A DNA stretch of 50,346 nt from a virus (lineage: Duplodnaviria > Caudoviricetes). Positions 34,318 through 43,207 of this stretch are shown here, piece by piece. The stretch's first letter is position 1. Each line of letters begins with the position of its first letter. The notes beneath the pieces are model-generated. The model was not told where the DNA came from. It made no database searches and was given only the letters and a program-made list of their open reading frames with translations. The stretch covers positions 1 through 50,346 of the IMG/VR virus record IMGVR_UViG_3300032135_000012. One strand, written 5' to 3'. The position numbers and the translations under genes are program-made.

Positions 34318-34742
34318 TACGTTGCAGCCCCCAAAGTTTCAATAGTACGCACGGCCGCGTTGGAGGAGTTTGTGGATGCCTGAATGGTGAACGCCATCCC
34401 AACAAGGGAAAGGTCACGCGGGTTAGATTTCACAATAACCTGGAAGCCTTTAGGGATGCTCGCCGGAGAGTCGGCCATTGCTATTTGGAACCTGTAGTTC
34501 CTGTACGCGGACGCATCATAAGTTGTTTGCTCCCAGCGTGGCGTGCGAATGTGCTGTCCGCGCGCCGCAATATTGAGACCAACAACTGTAGGCGTTGACT
34601 CTCCACCCGTACCAGTGACCGGATCGTAAGGTGTCGTCGTGGAAGTGTTGGGGTCAACAATGTCAATGACACACTTGAACTCTGTTGCGGCCTCCTCCGC
34701 AATCTCATCCTCCCACGATGTTGCAATCAGTGGCAACCCCAC
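34317..34742 (-). CDS. Head-to-tail stopper
   Basis: YDPVTG motif; gene position. Confidence 0.7.
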   Translation of the reverse strand: MGLPLIATSWEDEIAEEAATEFKCVIDIVDPNTSTTTPYDPVTGTGGESTPTVVGLNIAARGQHIRTPRWEQTTYDASAYRNYRFQIAMADSPASIPKGFQVIVKSNPRDLSLVGMAFTIQASTNSSNAAVRTIETLGAAT

Positions 34743-35192
34743 TTACACCACCCCGTAGTTCCCGAAGTACGTGAGCGGGACAAACTCGGAATTGTCATAG
34801 TCTTGCGAGCCGCCAGTGAGCGCCCAGTAATCGAACGCGGCAAGGTTGCTGTTAGCGTCAGCAATCATGGAGTCTGCAAGTAGCCGGAACTCACGTGCAC
34901 GGTTCTCTGTCTGAATCTTCAGGTCATCAGTGGCGATGTTCCGAGATTGCAGAATGAGGATCGCAGAAATGTTGCGGTAGGCGTAACCGGCCGCAAGCAT
35001 AATGTCCCCAGCGGCCTGCTCAAGCAAAGTTTCTAGGGCAGCATCGGAGAAGTAACCGTAATTCGCAAAGCCAGCCTCCACCGGGTCATACGGTACGCCC
35101 GTGGTGTCGTTTACGATAAGCCGTAGCTTGCCAACTTCTGTGGATACTGCAATGGGGCTTGCGCCGGGATTGCCCTCTGGATAGACTGCCAT
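34743..35192 (-). CDS. Head-to-tail adaptor
   Basis: VGKLRLIVND...FSDAAL motif. Confidence 0.75.
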   Translation of the reverse strand: MAVYPEGNPGASPIAVSTEVGKLRLIVNDTTGVPYDPVEAGFANYGYFSDAALETLLEQAAGDIMLAAGYAYRNISAILILQSRNIATDDLKIQTENRAREFRLLADSMIADANSNLAAFDYWALTGGSQDYDNSEFVPLTYFGNYGVV

Positions 35193-35249
35193 AATAAACC
35201 ATTCTACCGTGTCCGGTGGGTGGGTTCGGATTCTATGGAATGGAGTAAT

Positions 35250-35423
35250 ATGCGGGTGACATTGAGCGTAGAAGTAAACGGTGAAGATTATGATGTACGG
35301 CTTTCAGGAAGCGACACCACCGGATTGGGTGGTGCAATCACAGTTGAAAACATAAGACAAGTTGCGGCGCTAGTAGATTTGGCGGGCAAGAAAGCACTCG
35401 CGGCTCTGCGGCTCGTGGCGTAG
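35250..35423 (+). CDS. Small hypothetical protein (inverted cassette)
   Basis: GGAG SD. Confidence 0.6.
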   Translation: MRVTLSVEVNGEDYDVRLSGSDTTGLGGAITVENIRQVAALVDLAGKKALAALRLVA

Positions 35424-35450
35424 ACCGTTGATCGAAATGGGCGACTACAA

Positions 35451-35618
35451 GTGATCGAGATGGGCGACTACGTTCGCATAGGCAACAGCGCGCTCACTTG
35501 GAAGGTCATCGGAATGCGACCAAAACCCGGAACCGTAGTCCTCCAATCCGGGCAGACCGACATGCGTAGGCTCGAATTTTTGGAAACACTTACACTGCAC
35601 TCGAAAGGAGACAAATGA
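35451..35618 (+). CDS. Small SH3/KOW-like protein (MIEMGDYVRIG...)
   Basis: Translated by hand; ATGA overlap with the next ORF. Confidence 0.6.
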   Translation: MIEMGDYVRIGNSALTWKVIGMRPKPGTVVLQSGQTDMRRLEFLETLTLHSKGDK

Positions 35619-35752
35619 ATATCCCAAACTATCCGGCCTGCCCGTACCCACCGGAAGGGCATAACTTTATTACGCTACCGGCAGAACCCAGAAGGTACAT
35701 TGGCAATACTTGGTTGACGGCAATGTGTTCAAAGTGTGGGCTGAAGGCATGA
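35615..35752 (+). CDS. Small Zn-ribbon-like protein (C...H...CSKC)
   Basis: AAGGAG SD; ATGA overlaps. Confidence 0.65.
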   Translation: MNIPNYPACPYPPEGHNFITLPAEPRRYIGNTWLTAMCSKCGLKA

Positions 35753-36069
35753 GCAAACCACCAAACGATTGGCGCTTAGACGCATCATGCACCGAATACG
35801 ACCCCGATATGTGGTTCTCGGAAAACACCGGGTGGACATCGCTGAACAAACACGCCATAAAAATATGCGCAACATGCCCAGTCAAAAAAATATGTCTCGA
35901 CAAAGCAATGGAAGACGAAGCAGGCGGTGATGTGCTCTCAGAAAACCACGGAATCTTCGGCGGACTCAGTGCAAGAGAACGCTCACGAATTAGACGAGAG
36001 AAGGAGCGAGGAGGGGTGGAATCTAAAGACTCAACACCCCTCCGCACTATGGGCGCGACCGGAGGTTAG
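35749..36069 (+). CDS. whiB: WhiB-family transcription factor
   Basis: W...ASC...DPDMWF...ICATCPVKKIC...HGIFGGLSARER. Confidence 0.92.
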   Translation: MSKPPNDWRLDASCTEYDPDMWFSENTGWTSLNKHAIKICATCPVKKICLDKAMEDEAGGDVLSENHGIFGGLSARERSRIRREKERGGVESKDSTPLRTMGATGG

Positions 36070-36088
36070 TCGCAAACCCATTCTACAA

Positions 36089-36127
36089 CACAAAAGCCCC
36101 GCCGAATTACCGGCAGGGCTTTGTGTT
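36089..36127. terminator. Likely bidirectional terminator between capsid and whiB
   Basis: AAAAGCCCCGCCG-AATTAC-CGGCAGGGCTTTG. Confidence 0.8.
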
Positions 36128-36140
36128 TGCTAGGGGCTAG

Positions 36141-37268
36141 TTACGCAGTCCCTGTACCATCGGATTCGATGACACCAGCAGACTCAAACAAGGTTGCCTG
36201 AACTACGTGGCGAGCACGAGTCTCAACATCGTCCTCACGGAACGAACCCTGACGTGCAGGAACTTCGCCACCACTGATGTAGAAGTGTCCGCTGTCCTTG
36301 ATGGAAATCTCAGGAGCACGGTGGCCCTCAAGGAATACTTCGAGGAATGCGGGGCGAGCGGTGCCCTGCGGGACAAGGAACCAGTAGTCATCGGTAGCAC
36401 CCGGTGTGGTGTATCCACCAACCTGATCCAAGGCCCAGAAGTTGACCGGCGAAACGTCACCATTGGCGGGGCTGATGTCGTAAACATCGCTACCAGCAGT
36501 GCGCTGAACATTCTTGATAGCAAGAAGCTGCGAAGCCTGATCAGAAAGTGCGCCACCCGTAACGAGACTAAACGAACGAGCGTTCACGCGACGGCCACCA
36601 ACGGTAGCAGCACGCGAAAGCGTCTTAGCAGCACCAAGCGATTCAAGGGTCAACGCCGTGTTGCCAGCAAGGTTAGTAAATGCGGTGTTGATTGCACCAG
36701 CAGTTCCAACGAACTGCTTGGCAAGCGTGATGTCTTCCTGCTCGGCAGCATAACGAGCGAAAGCACTCGTTGAACGGCCAATCAGGTCGAAGTCGCCCAT
36801 CTTGATGAGGGCTTCCCACGATACGCGAAGACGCACACCGTTCTTGCGAAGCTCAGCAGTAAGCTGTTCCGTAGTGAACTTCACCGCGGGGTACTCGCCG
36901 TACTCAGCTACACCGGGGAGTCCAGCGCCAACGTACTCGTCGCCATCGTTCTGCGGGGGCAGCTCTGAGGTGTCGAAGTCGAAGTCACCGAAGTCGATGG
37001 TGCCTAGGGTACGCGACTCGTACGATTCAGCAATCTGTTCCCAAACGGTAGGCTGTTCAGCATACTTGGCAAGGAACTCAACGTTGATCGCCGGGGTGAG
37101 CAGTTCAGGAATGTCCGAGGTGGAGATTCCTTCACGAAGCTTGTTCTGAGCCTTCATGTCGCCCTGCTTGGCACCAACGTAAAGCTTGGAAGCTTCCTTC
37201 TGACGCTTTGTGGCGGTCGAGTCAAGACGCTCCATGGCGTTCTCGATAATTTGCTTACGGGTAGACAT
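36141..37268 (-). CDS. Major capsid protein (HK97 fold)
   Basis: 375 aa; ISTSDIP, VAEYGEY, VSWEALI; follows protease and decoration genes. Confidence 0.9.
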   Translation of the reverse strand: MSTRKQIIENAMERLDSTATKRQKEASKLYVGAKQGDMKAQNKLREGISTSDIPELLTPAINVEFLAKYAEQPTVWEQIAESYESRTLGTIDFGDFDFDTSELPPQNDGDEYVGAGLPGVAEYGEYPAVKFTTEQLTAELRKNGVRLRVSWEALIKMGDFDLIGRSTSAFARYAAEQEDITLAKQFVGTAGAINTAFTNLAGNTALTLESLGAAKTLSRAATVGGRRVNARSFSLVTGGALSDQASQLLAIKNVQRTAGSDVYDISPANGDVSPVNFWALDQVGGYTTPGATDDYWFLVPQGTARPAFLEVFLEGHRAPEISIKDSGHFYISGGEVPARQGSFREDDVETRARHVVQATLFESAGVIESDGTGTA

Positions 37269-37648
37269 TAGAGACCAACCTTTACATATGCTACGCCAGC
37301 GCCAGCGGCGGGCTTGGGGTGGTACAGGGTTCCAACAAGCGTGTTGTCCACCGTTGCGGTGACCGCATCGGTGGTCAGTGTGCCCTCTACGCCCTCACCG
37401 GCAACTGCGGTCGAGATTGCGTAGACTGTAACGTACGGGGTTGCGAGTGCGCCGGTGTAAGGAATTGCCCAAACACCCTTGCCTGTGCGAACCGTTGCCT
37501 GAATTGTGCCATCGGCGCGAGCCACAGCATCAGTCTCAGCAACACCAACAAGGCCAGATGCGAAAACAACAAGGTCACCCGAAACGATTGTTGATTCAAC
37601 AATGTACGAGAGGCTGTCTGCATCACGGTAGATTTCGTTAGTTGCCAT
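37268..37648 (-). CDS. Capsid decoration/cement protein (DUF2190-like)
   Basis: MATNEIY...SGDLV...LVGVAETD. Confidence 0.75.
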   Translation of the reverse strand: MATNEIYRDADSLSYIVESTIVSGDLVVFASGLVGVAETDAVARADGTIQATVRTGKGVWAIPYTGALATPYVTVYAISTAVAGEGVEGTLTTDAVTATVDNTLVGTLYHPKPAAGAGVAYVKVGL

Positions 37649-38589
37649 TATGCACCAACCTTAATTCCGAAGGCTTCACGCATAGAGTAGTTATCCTCAT
37701 TAGCGTCTTCAGTAACGACACGACCGTTGGAGTCTACAGCCTTGTTCTCTTTGAACTTGGCTTCATACTCGTCAGCGATCTTCTTTTCAGATGCGATTGC
37801 ATCTTCGACCTTCATGCCACTCTTTACCGACTCGAAAATACGAGTACGCGCACTAGCGGTGAGGCTTGATTCTTTCACTACGGTCTCAGCGACAGCAGCG
37901 AAGTCAACCTCACCCTCGGCGGGTGCGGAGGGCTTGAGGGCTTCAACGAGTGCAGTTACAAGGGCCGTGTTCGACTCAGCAAGTGCCTCCTTCATTTCCT
38001 TCAGTTCCACTTCATTCTCCTTCATAACTTCCACCGAGGGTTCGCTGGAATTCTTTTTTTCAACGCCATCTTCTACGATGCGTTTTGCGTTCTCAAGCAT
38101 TCGGGTGACACGTCCACCGGCACCGGGAGCGACGACTACATCAACCGAAGTGTAGGGATCGTTTTCCAGTGCGGTAACAATATCGCCGGAGTATTCACCG
38201 ATGGTGCCAAACTCTGACTCGCCAACAGTGTTGATTGATACACCGATCTGTTCGTTGAACTCGGTCATCCATTCAACCCAGTCACCGTGGAACTTGGCTT
38301 CAGCCCAGAGTGCTCCATCACGGTACGTTGCGTCCGTGGTTGTCTTACCCATCAAACGTCGGATGTCACCGCCAGAGAACATATCCTCCCAACCATCGTG
38401 GTTGGCGAACATGCGGGTTCCCTTGGGGAATGCTTTAGCACCGTCACGTTCGAGAACTTCTGCTGGGTAGAATCCGCTGGAGCCTTCACCGGCTTCAATA
38501 ACACGAATCTCCCAGACACCCTTGCCGGAGTCGGACTCTTTGAGTCGCACGCCAGATGCTTCAAGCACCTGAGAAAGTTTCTTAGACAT
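37648..38589 (-). CDS. Capsid maturation protease/scaffold
   Basis: GSSGFYPAEVL, MFANH, GVSI, SVDVVVAPGAGG; helical C-terminus. Confidence 0.88.
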   Translation of the reverse strand: MSKKLSQVLEASGVRLKESDSGKGVWEIRVIEAGEGSSGFYPAEVLERDGAKAFPKGTRMFANHDGWEDMFSGGDIRRLMGKTTTDATYRDGALWAEAKFHGDWVEWMTEFNEQIGVSINTVGESEFGTIGEYSGDIVTALENDPYTSVDVVVAPGAGGRVTRMLENAKRIVEDGVEKKNSSEPSVEVMKENEVELKEMKEALAESNTALVTALVEALKPSAPAEGEVDFAAVAETVVKESSLTASARTRIFESVKSGMKVEDAIASEKKIADEYEAKFKENKAVDSNGRVVTEDANEDNYSMREAFGIKVGA

Positions 38590-38658
38590 TATAACGATTC
38601 TACACTAAAAGGATTGAGGGATTGACAACACGCCACAACTAGGATACCAGATTGCGTT

Positions 38659-40224
38659 CTAGGTGAGAGTATCAGTTCTCGTGTCGTTCGACCCCGTGCC
38701 GCCACCGGCAGGACTATTCTTGCCCTGACCGGGTGCGCCAGTACCCAAATCTCCACTCTGGTCAACAGCACCAGTTCCAGCAGAGTCAGTGTCAATGTCT
38801 TTACGAGCCAAAGACTTCTCGTTGTTGGGCAGGAGGATTCCGTCAGGAATTGTAACCTCACCGTAACGACCAGCAAGAGCCTCAAATTCCTTCTTAGCCT
38901 CTTCAGCGGTGTACAGTCCAGTAGTCCACTTGAGGACAATTGCCTGAATCTCTCGGTAAATCTCGGTGGAGTCAGTGTACGGAGTAAACCAAACCTTTGG
39001 TGCGTCTGCACCCATCCACTTCAAAACCTCAACCTCAAGGCTTACGTGGATGTCACGGCGCGACTCCATCGCAAGGCGCGTGGGCGGGTCAAGTGTTTGT
39101 GCAGAACCGTATGAGGAACCAGCGGCCGATGTGTCTGCGGTGATCGCAATGGCGGAAACCTCAACGGCGGTAGCGGCAGCAGCAATGAGCGGGTTGCCTT
39201 TCTCGAAGTCGTAGGCGTGACCGGCGGTGGATAGCGGGGTGAGCAAGTTGCCGTCACCCGTAACGGCAACTTTGCCAGCGCCACCCTTGTTCAGTGCGGC
39301 AACGGCCAAGTCTGCGCCAGCCTTCGACTGATTCTTGGCTTGTGCCCAAATTTGTGCCATCGAAGCGGTAACAGTGTAACCGTTGACAAGGAAGTCGCGG
39401 TACAGTTTCACCCACGCAATGGCGGGGAGGGCGTCAGGGATTCCGTAAGCCCAACCTGTCTGTGCGTTTACGGTGCGGCCAAAGACGCGCTTGTTAGCGG
39501 CAACAGTTTCAGACTTACCATTCAGGCTAATGCTGTCGGTTTTCTTGTCGAAGAAGATGTTGCAGAAAATCCACTCGTGCTTATCTGTCGGACTCGTTGT
39601 GCCCTGTGGGTAGTGTTGCCAAGTGCGTCGGTACGCCCAAATCTCTGAACCGTCATCCGGGTTGCGGTAGTCGGCAGTAATCTGCGACAAGGGCAGTGCG
39701 CGCAAAGTATAGTCGTCATCGTCACCGATGTAAAGAGCTTGCGAGTCAGAATAGAACGCACCCTCACGCTGATCCAAAGCTTCTGGCCCGAAGAAGTTGC
39801 GTTGGTTTATGGGGTTTTCTAGGCGTTCCTGCACGTCAGGCTGCGTGCTGCGGAGGTCGCGCCCACCAGTACGAGTCTTGGGTGCAGCGGGAAGGTTGTC
39901 GCGGTGTACACCATCCTCCATGATGTAGTTGAATCGGAGGCGGAAGCCACGTTTGATCCACGGGTTCAGCGCCATGAGGTTGCGAATTTGTCCAGAAGAC
40001 TTTTTCACCTGAGCCAAGTCTGGCCCATCCTCCTTGTACTCGGAGACGGATGACCAGCCCTGATTGTCCATCATCAGGTCAAGGTTTGACAGTTTCTCTT
40101 GTAGGAGTTCGTTCTCGAATCCACGGTTCTGCAACTCGGAGTGGACTGACTTGAGGGTTCCCTCAAGCATCTTCCGGTCTACTTCTGCCTGAGTTTCGAC
40201 TAAACTGATCGCTTTATTTGCCAT
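38659..40224 (-). CDS. Portal protein
   Basis: 521 aa between terL and protease; NPWIKRG, YGIPD. Confidence 0.88.
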   Translation of the reverse strand: MANKAISLVETQAEVDRKMLEGTLKSVHSELQNRGFENELLQEKLSNLDLMMDNQGWSSVSEYKEDGPDLAQVKKSSGQIRNLMALNPWIKRGFRLRFNYIMEDGVHRDNLPAAPKTRTGGRDLRSTQPDVQERLENPINQRNFFGPEALDQREGAFYSDSQALYIGDDDDYTLRALPLSQITADYRNPDDGSEIWAYRRTWQHYPQGTTSPTDKHEWIFCNIFFDKKTDSISLNGKSETVAANKRVFGRTVNAQTGWAYGIPDALPAIAWVKLYRDFLVNGYTVTASMAQIWAQAKNQSKAGADLAVAALNKGGAGKVAVTGDGNLLTPLSTAGHAYDFEKGNPLIAAAATAVEVSAIAITADTSAAGSSYGSAQTLDPPTRLAMESRRDIHVSLEVEVLKWMGADAPKVWFTPYTDSTEIYREIQAIVLKWTTGLYTAEEAKKEFEALAGRYGEVTIPDGILLPNNEKSLARKDIDTDSAGTGAVDQSGDLGTGAPGQGKNSPAGGGTGSNDTRTDTLT

Positions 40225-40246
40225 TGTGTGCCCTAGTTTATCAGAT

Positions 40247-40345
40247 AGTGCGCAAGTGGTGGGCAGCTAGGCATTCCCGGCCCGACGCTTACGCGCTTGA
40301 CCCACCACTCCGAATGAGCGCTTTTCGCACTGATGCGATGCCACT
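40247..40345 (-). ncRNA. Candidate ~100-nt structured RNA between terL and portal
   Basis: Nested stems with G-U pairs on the minus strand, GUAA tetraloop, possible pseudoknot, upstream TAGTGT -10. Confidence 0.5.
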
Positions 40346-40369
40346 AGTGAGAACACTACAGCAAGAATC

Positions 40370-42007
40370 CTAGACCGGCAACCCAGCGCCTTCAAAACTC
40401 ATCCCAGTGTAATCGTAAGGGTCATACATGACACGATCACCAGTCTGTAAGGGCTGCGCCGTTGGCTCAATAAGTTCACGAGCATCAAAGCACGAATACC
40501 ATAGCGCGTCAGCACGGTCAGGGGATGCCTTACCCCGGCGCTTCATCGAATCCTTCGCCTCAACCTTAATCTGCCCCTTATCGGTATGCTCATACAGCAT
40601 CCCACGCAATTCGTCAAGCAACTTATCATCTTGAGAATCAACATCAATAAGGCCACCACGGAAACGAGTCTTCAGGTCAAAGAAGCCCTCAGCGCGAGCA
40701 TTCAGATATTCACGCTTATCCGATGGCGCTGCGCCACCAAAGATTTCCACAACAACATAACGGTCGTCCTTATTCAGTGTGGCAAGACCATCAATGACAC
40801 CACCACCAATACCGGATGCGTCAATCTTGACCACCTTGACACCAAGCTCCAAAGCAATCTTATGGATACGCTCAGCAGAACCAAGATTCTTCGGGTCATC
40901 ACCCGTCAGCGGTGCCTTGCTCCACGATTCAACAAGACGCGCACGCACACCAACCTTCTCCGTTGGCACAGTCGGCACGTTCGTTTCAGGGTCAGTTTCC
41001 CACACCTGACCATACTCAATCTTGTAAACAAACGACTTGTCGCTACCCATGCGGGCAATGTCAACACCTAACTCAGGAATACCATCAGGGTCAGGAAGGA
41101 CAACCGTGTTTACGGCCTTCGCAAGCTCAGTCTCCATGTAGATTGTGTTGCCAGACTCAAACGACCACTGTCCGAGTACGCGAGCAATGTAACGTGGGTC
41201 ATCCTCGCCCCAGTCTTGACGTGCCTGATCAACATAGTCCATACCGGACATGCCGCCAGCCTTGTCAAGATCAAAGCCCTCCTCCTTGGTAATCATTGGG
41301 GAATCCAAAACGCTAATGTGCATCAGATTCCACGTTGACTCACCATCAGACTTATCCCACAACTTAGCCATTGCACAGTTCGGGTCAGTAGGGTTAGCAA
41401 TCAGTAGACGACGGTTAAACTCACCAGTAGAGATGTTACCGAGTGCGTCAATCATGCCACTGGAGAGGCCAGCAGCCTCATCACCAACAGCAAACAGGTA
41501 TGTTGCGTGCTTGCCCTGATAACCGGCATCTTCGCGGCCATCCGGGGGTTTACGACCCTGCCCAATGGTTTCACCGGAGTCAAGCTTCCACAAGTTTGTG
41601 GAAGTGATATAACCCGGCAGTTCGTGGTCAACTATGCCGTCCTTGAAGCGTTGGCGGGATAGTGCGTGAATGGAGCGTAGGTTGTCCCACAGAATCGTGG
41701 TGATCTGATCTTGGAAGGGTGCGGTGGACGCAACGAACGTGTCCTGTGCGTTCCACGGGTGAACGTCAACCCACCATGCCATCGCTATAGACGCAATAAA
41801 CGACTTTCCAACACCGTGGCCTGCGGCTACAGCAGTGTTCCGATTGTCACGAATCGAGTACAGGATTTCTTTCTGCTTAGACCATAACTGTAATCCAAGG
41901 TACTCTTTCACCCACAGCACGGGGTCTTCGCGGTAACGTTTCCGCTTGGTCTGTTGCTGGAGTTGCCCAAGGACTCCGGGCAGGATTTGACTTACCTTGT
42001 CGATCAT
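40370..42007 (-). CDS. terL: Terminase large subunit
   Basis: AGHGVGKS Walker A, VGDEA Walker B, ANP, LGVDIARMGSD and SPDRADA nuclease motifs. Confidence 0.95.
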   Translation of the reverse strand: MIDKVSQILPGVLGQLQQQTKRKRYREDPVLWVKEYLGLQLWSKQKEILYSIRDNRNTAVAAGHGVGKSFIASIAMAWWVDVHPWNAQDTFVASTAPFQDQITTILWDNLRSIHALSRQRFKDGIVDHELPGYITSTNLWKLDSGETIGQGRKPPDGREDAGYQGKHATYLFAVGDEAAGLSSGMIDALGNISTGEFNRRLLIANPTDPNCAMAKLWDKSDGESTWNLMHISVLDSPMITKEEGFDLDKAGGMSGMDYVDQARQDWGEDDPRYIARVLGQWSFESGNTIYMETELAKAVNTVVLPDPDGIPELGVDIARMGSDKSFVYKIEYGQVWETDPETNVPTVPTEKVGVRARLVESWSKAPLTGDDPKNLGSAERIHKIALELGVKVVKIDASGIGGGVIDGLATLNKDDRYVVVEIFGGAAPSDKREYLNARAEGFFDLKTRFRGGLIDVDSQDDKLLDELRGMLYEHTDKGQIKVEAKDSMKRRGKASPDRADALWYSCFDARELIEPTAQPLQTGDRVMYDPYDYTGMSFEGAGLPV

Positions 42008-42507
42008 TCTTCAGTGTGCCCCTCAAGGCGACTCACGACAGCGGGTAGCAACTCTTGGAAGACTCCCTCAATCTCGATCATGTCAATGCTGACACCGCGC
42101 TGTGCGAGCGCTTGCGGCAACAGTTCAAACGCTGCACTGATAGATGATGCCATTGCTTGTGCGTAAGCGTTTGTAAGTTTGGTGGAGATTGCATCCACGT
42201 TGATTTGTGCCTTATCCAGACGTTCCCCCACGTCTTTCAGGAAGCGTCGGTACTCTCCGATCGCTTGCATATCCCCGGCCTCAACAAACTCGTTCAGGAT
42301 TCCCATAACACGGCGTGCATCAAGGATAAGAAGGCGACGTTCCTCCGCTTCGGAGAGCGGGTTGGATGCGTCTAGTAGCTCTTTCAGTCGGAGTAGGGCT
42401 TGCTCTGGGGTAATGACACCTTTGACTGCTCGTGACAGTTCTACGGCTGACCGCTTCTCCGATACTGCTGATTTCAGCAGTTGTTGGTCAAGTTTGGATA
42501 GGTGCAT
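42004..42507 (-). CDS. Terminase small subunit (putative)
   Basis: Helical protein directly upstream of terL; TATACT 6 nt before ATG. Confidence 0.7.
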   Translation of the reverse strand: MHLSKLDQQLLKSAVSEKRSAVELSRAVKGVITPEQALLRLKELLDASNPLSEAEERRLLILDARRVMGILNEFVEAGDMQAIGEYRRFLKDVGERLDKAQINVDAISTKLTNAYAQAMASSISAAFELLPQALAQRGVSIDMIEIEGVFQELLPAVVSRLEGHTEE

Positions 42508-42529
42508 TGCTCAAGTATACAGGTAGGGC

Positions 42530-42970
42530 AACTACTAACTCAGAGTCAACAGTTGCGGATTCCGCAAGGGTTGAGTTGCGGATTATTGAGAGAAGCGGGC
42601 GGTGGTGGGATTTGCTCTGGATACTCACTATTTCCACCGCCAGCGGAACATGGAGAATTACCTACCTAGTTGGGGCGTTTCACTGTTAGCATCCGCGCGA
42701 GTAGCCACGCACCAACCGATAGCAGCGGCCCGAAGGTGTGTGTGAGAATCTTGGCGAAGATCGCTATCCGTGTTTCGGTTCGCGTGTGTCCGGGTCTACT
42801 CTGCGAATGCCGTAAGGATTGGCGACGAAAGCGAATGTGAAGAGTTCCGCGCCCAACCATCCAGCGCGCTCGCCTTCGTTCTTGTGTAGATGTCAACGCC
42901 ACCCTTACGTCCTAACCATGTACACGTAGCCATGATCCGTGCCCACCCAGAAGTCGTGACGACTGGGCAT
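42530..42970 (-). ncRNA. Candidate large structured non-coding RNA (~440 nt)
   Basis: Many long nested helices with minus-strand G-U pairs, cUUCGg loop, two crossing pairings, upstream promoter; no credible ORF. Confidence 0.65.
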
Positions 42971-43107
42971 GTCAAAACAATACCACTAACGGTAGTGTTT
43001 TGACAACAAAACTTGAAAAGTATCTCTAGAGCAATACAAAGCAAGACACTGTTGTTCGCTGTACGGTGAAAAAATGTGTACACATAACGGTAATGTGTAC
43101 ACATTTT
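42970..43107. promoter_or_regulatory. Two palindromic elements sharing a TAACGGTA core; the first overlaps a minus-strand promoter
   Basis: TGTCAAAACA..TGTTTTGACA (42970-43005) contains TTGTCA-18-TATTGT; AAAATGTGTACACAT-7-ATGTGTACACATTTT (43071-43107). Confidence 0.6.
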
Positions 43108-43143
43108 GCCTAGAAGCGTAGCCAGATAACTTTACCTGTAGAC

Positions 43144-43188
43144 AAAGAAAACCAGCCCGTACCGCTAGCGGCAGAGGGACTGGTGTTT
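43144..43188 (-). terminator. Intrinsic terminator
   Basis: ACCAGTCC...GGGCTGGT followed by TTTCTTT on the minus strand. Confidence 0.7.
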
Positions 43189-43207
43189 ATGCTCTAAGCA
43201 TAGCAGA

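Noticed and set aside
40326-40345. Hammerhead ribozyme core
   Set aside because: CTGATGC deviates from CUGANGA and is on the strand disfavoured by the G-U pairs.
42530-43120. Group I/II intron, tmRNA, RNase P RNA, or ORFs 42666-42902 and 42796-43104
   Set aside because: No P7, domain V, tRNA-like ends or P4 consensus recognised; no interrupted gene; the ORFs lack SD and protein-like composition.
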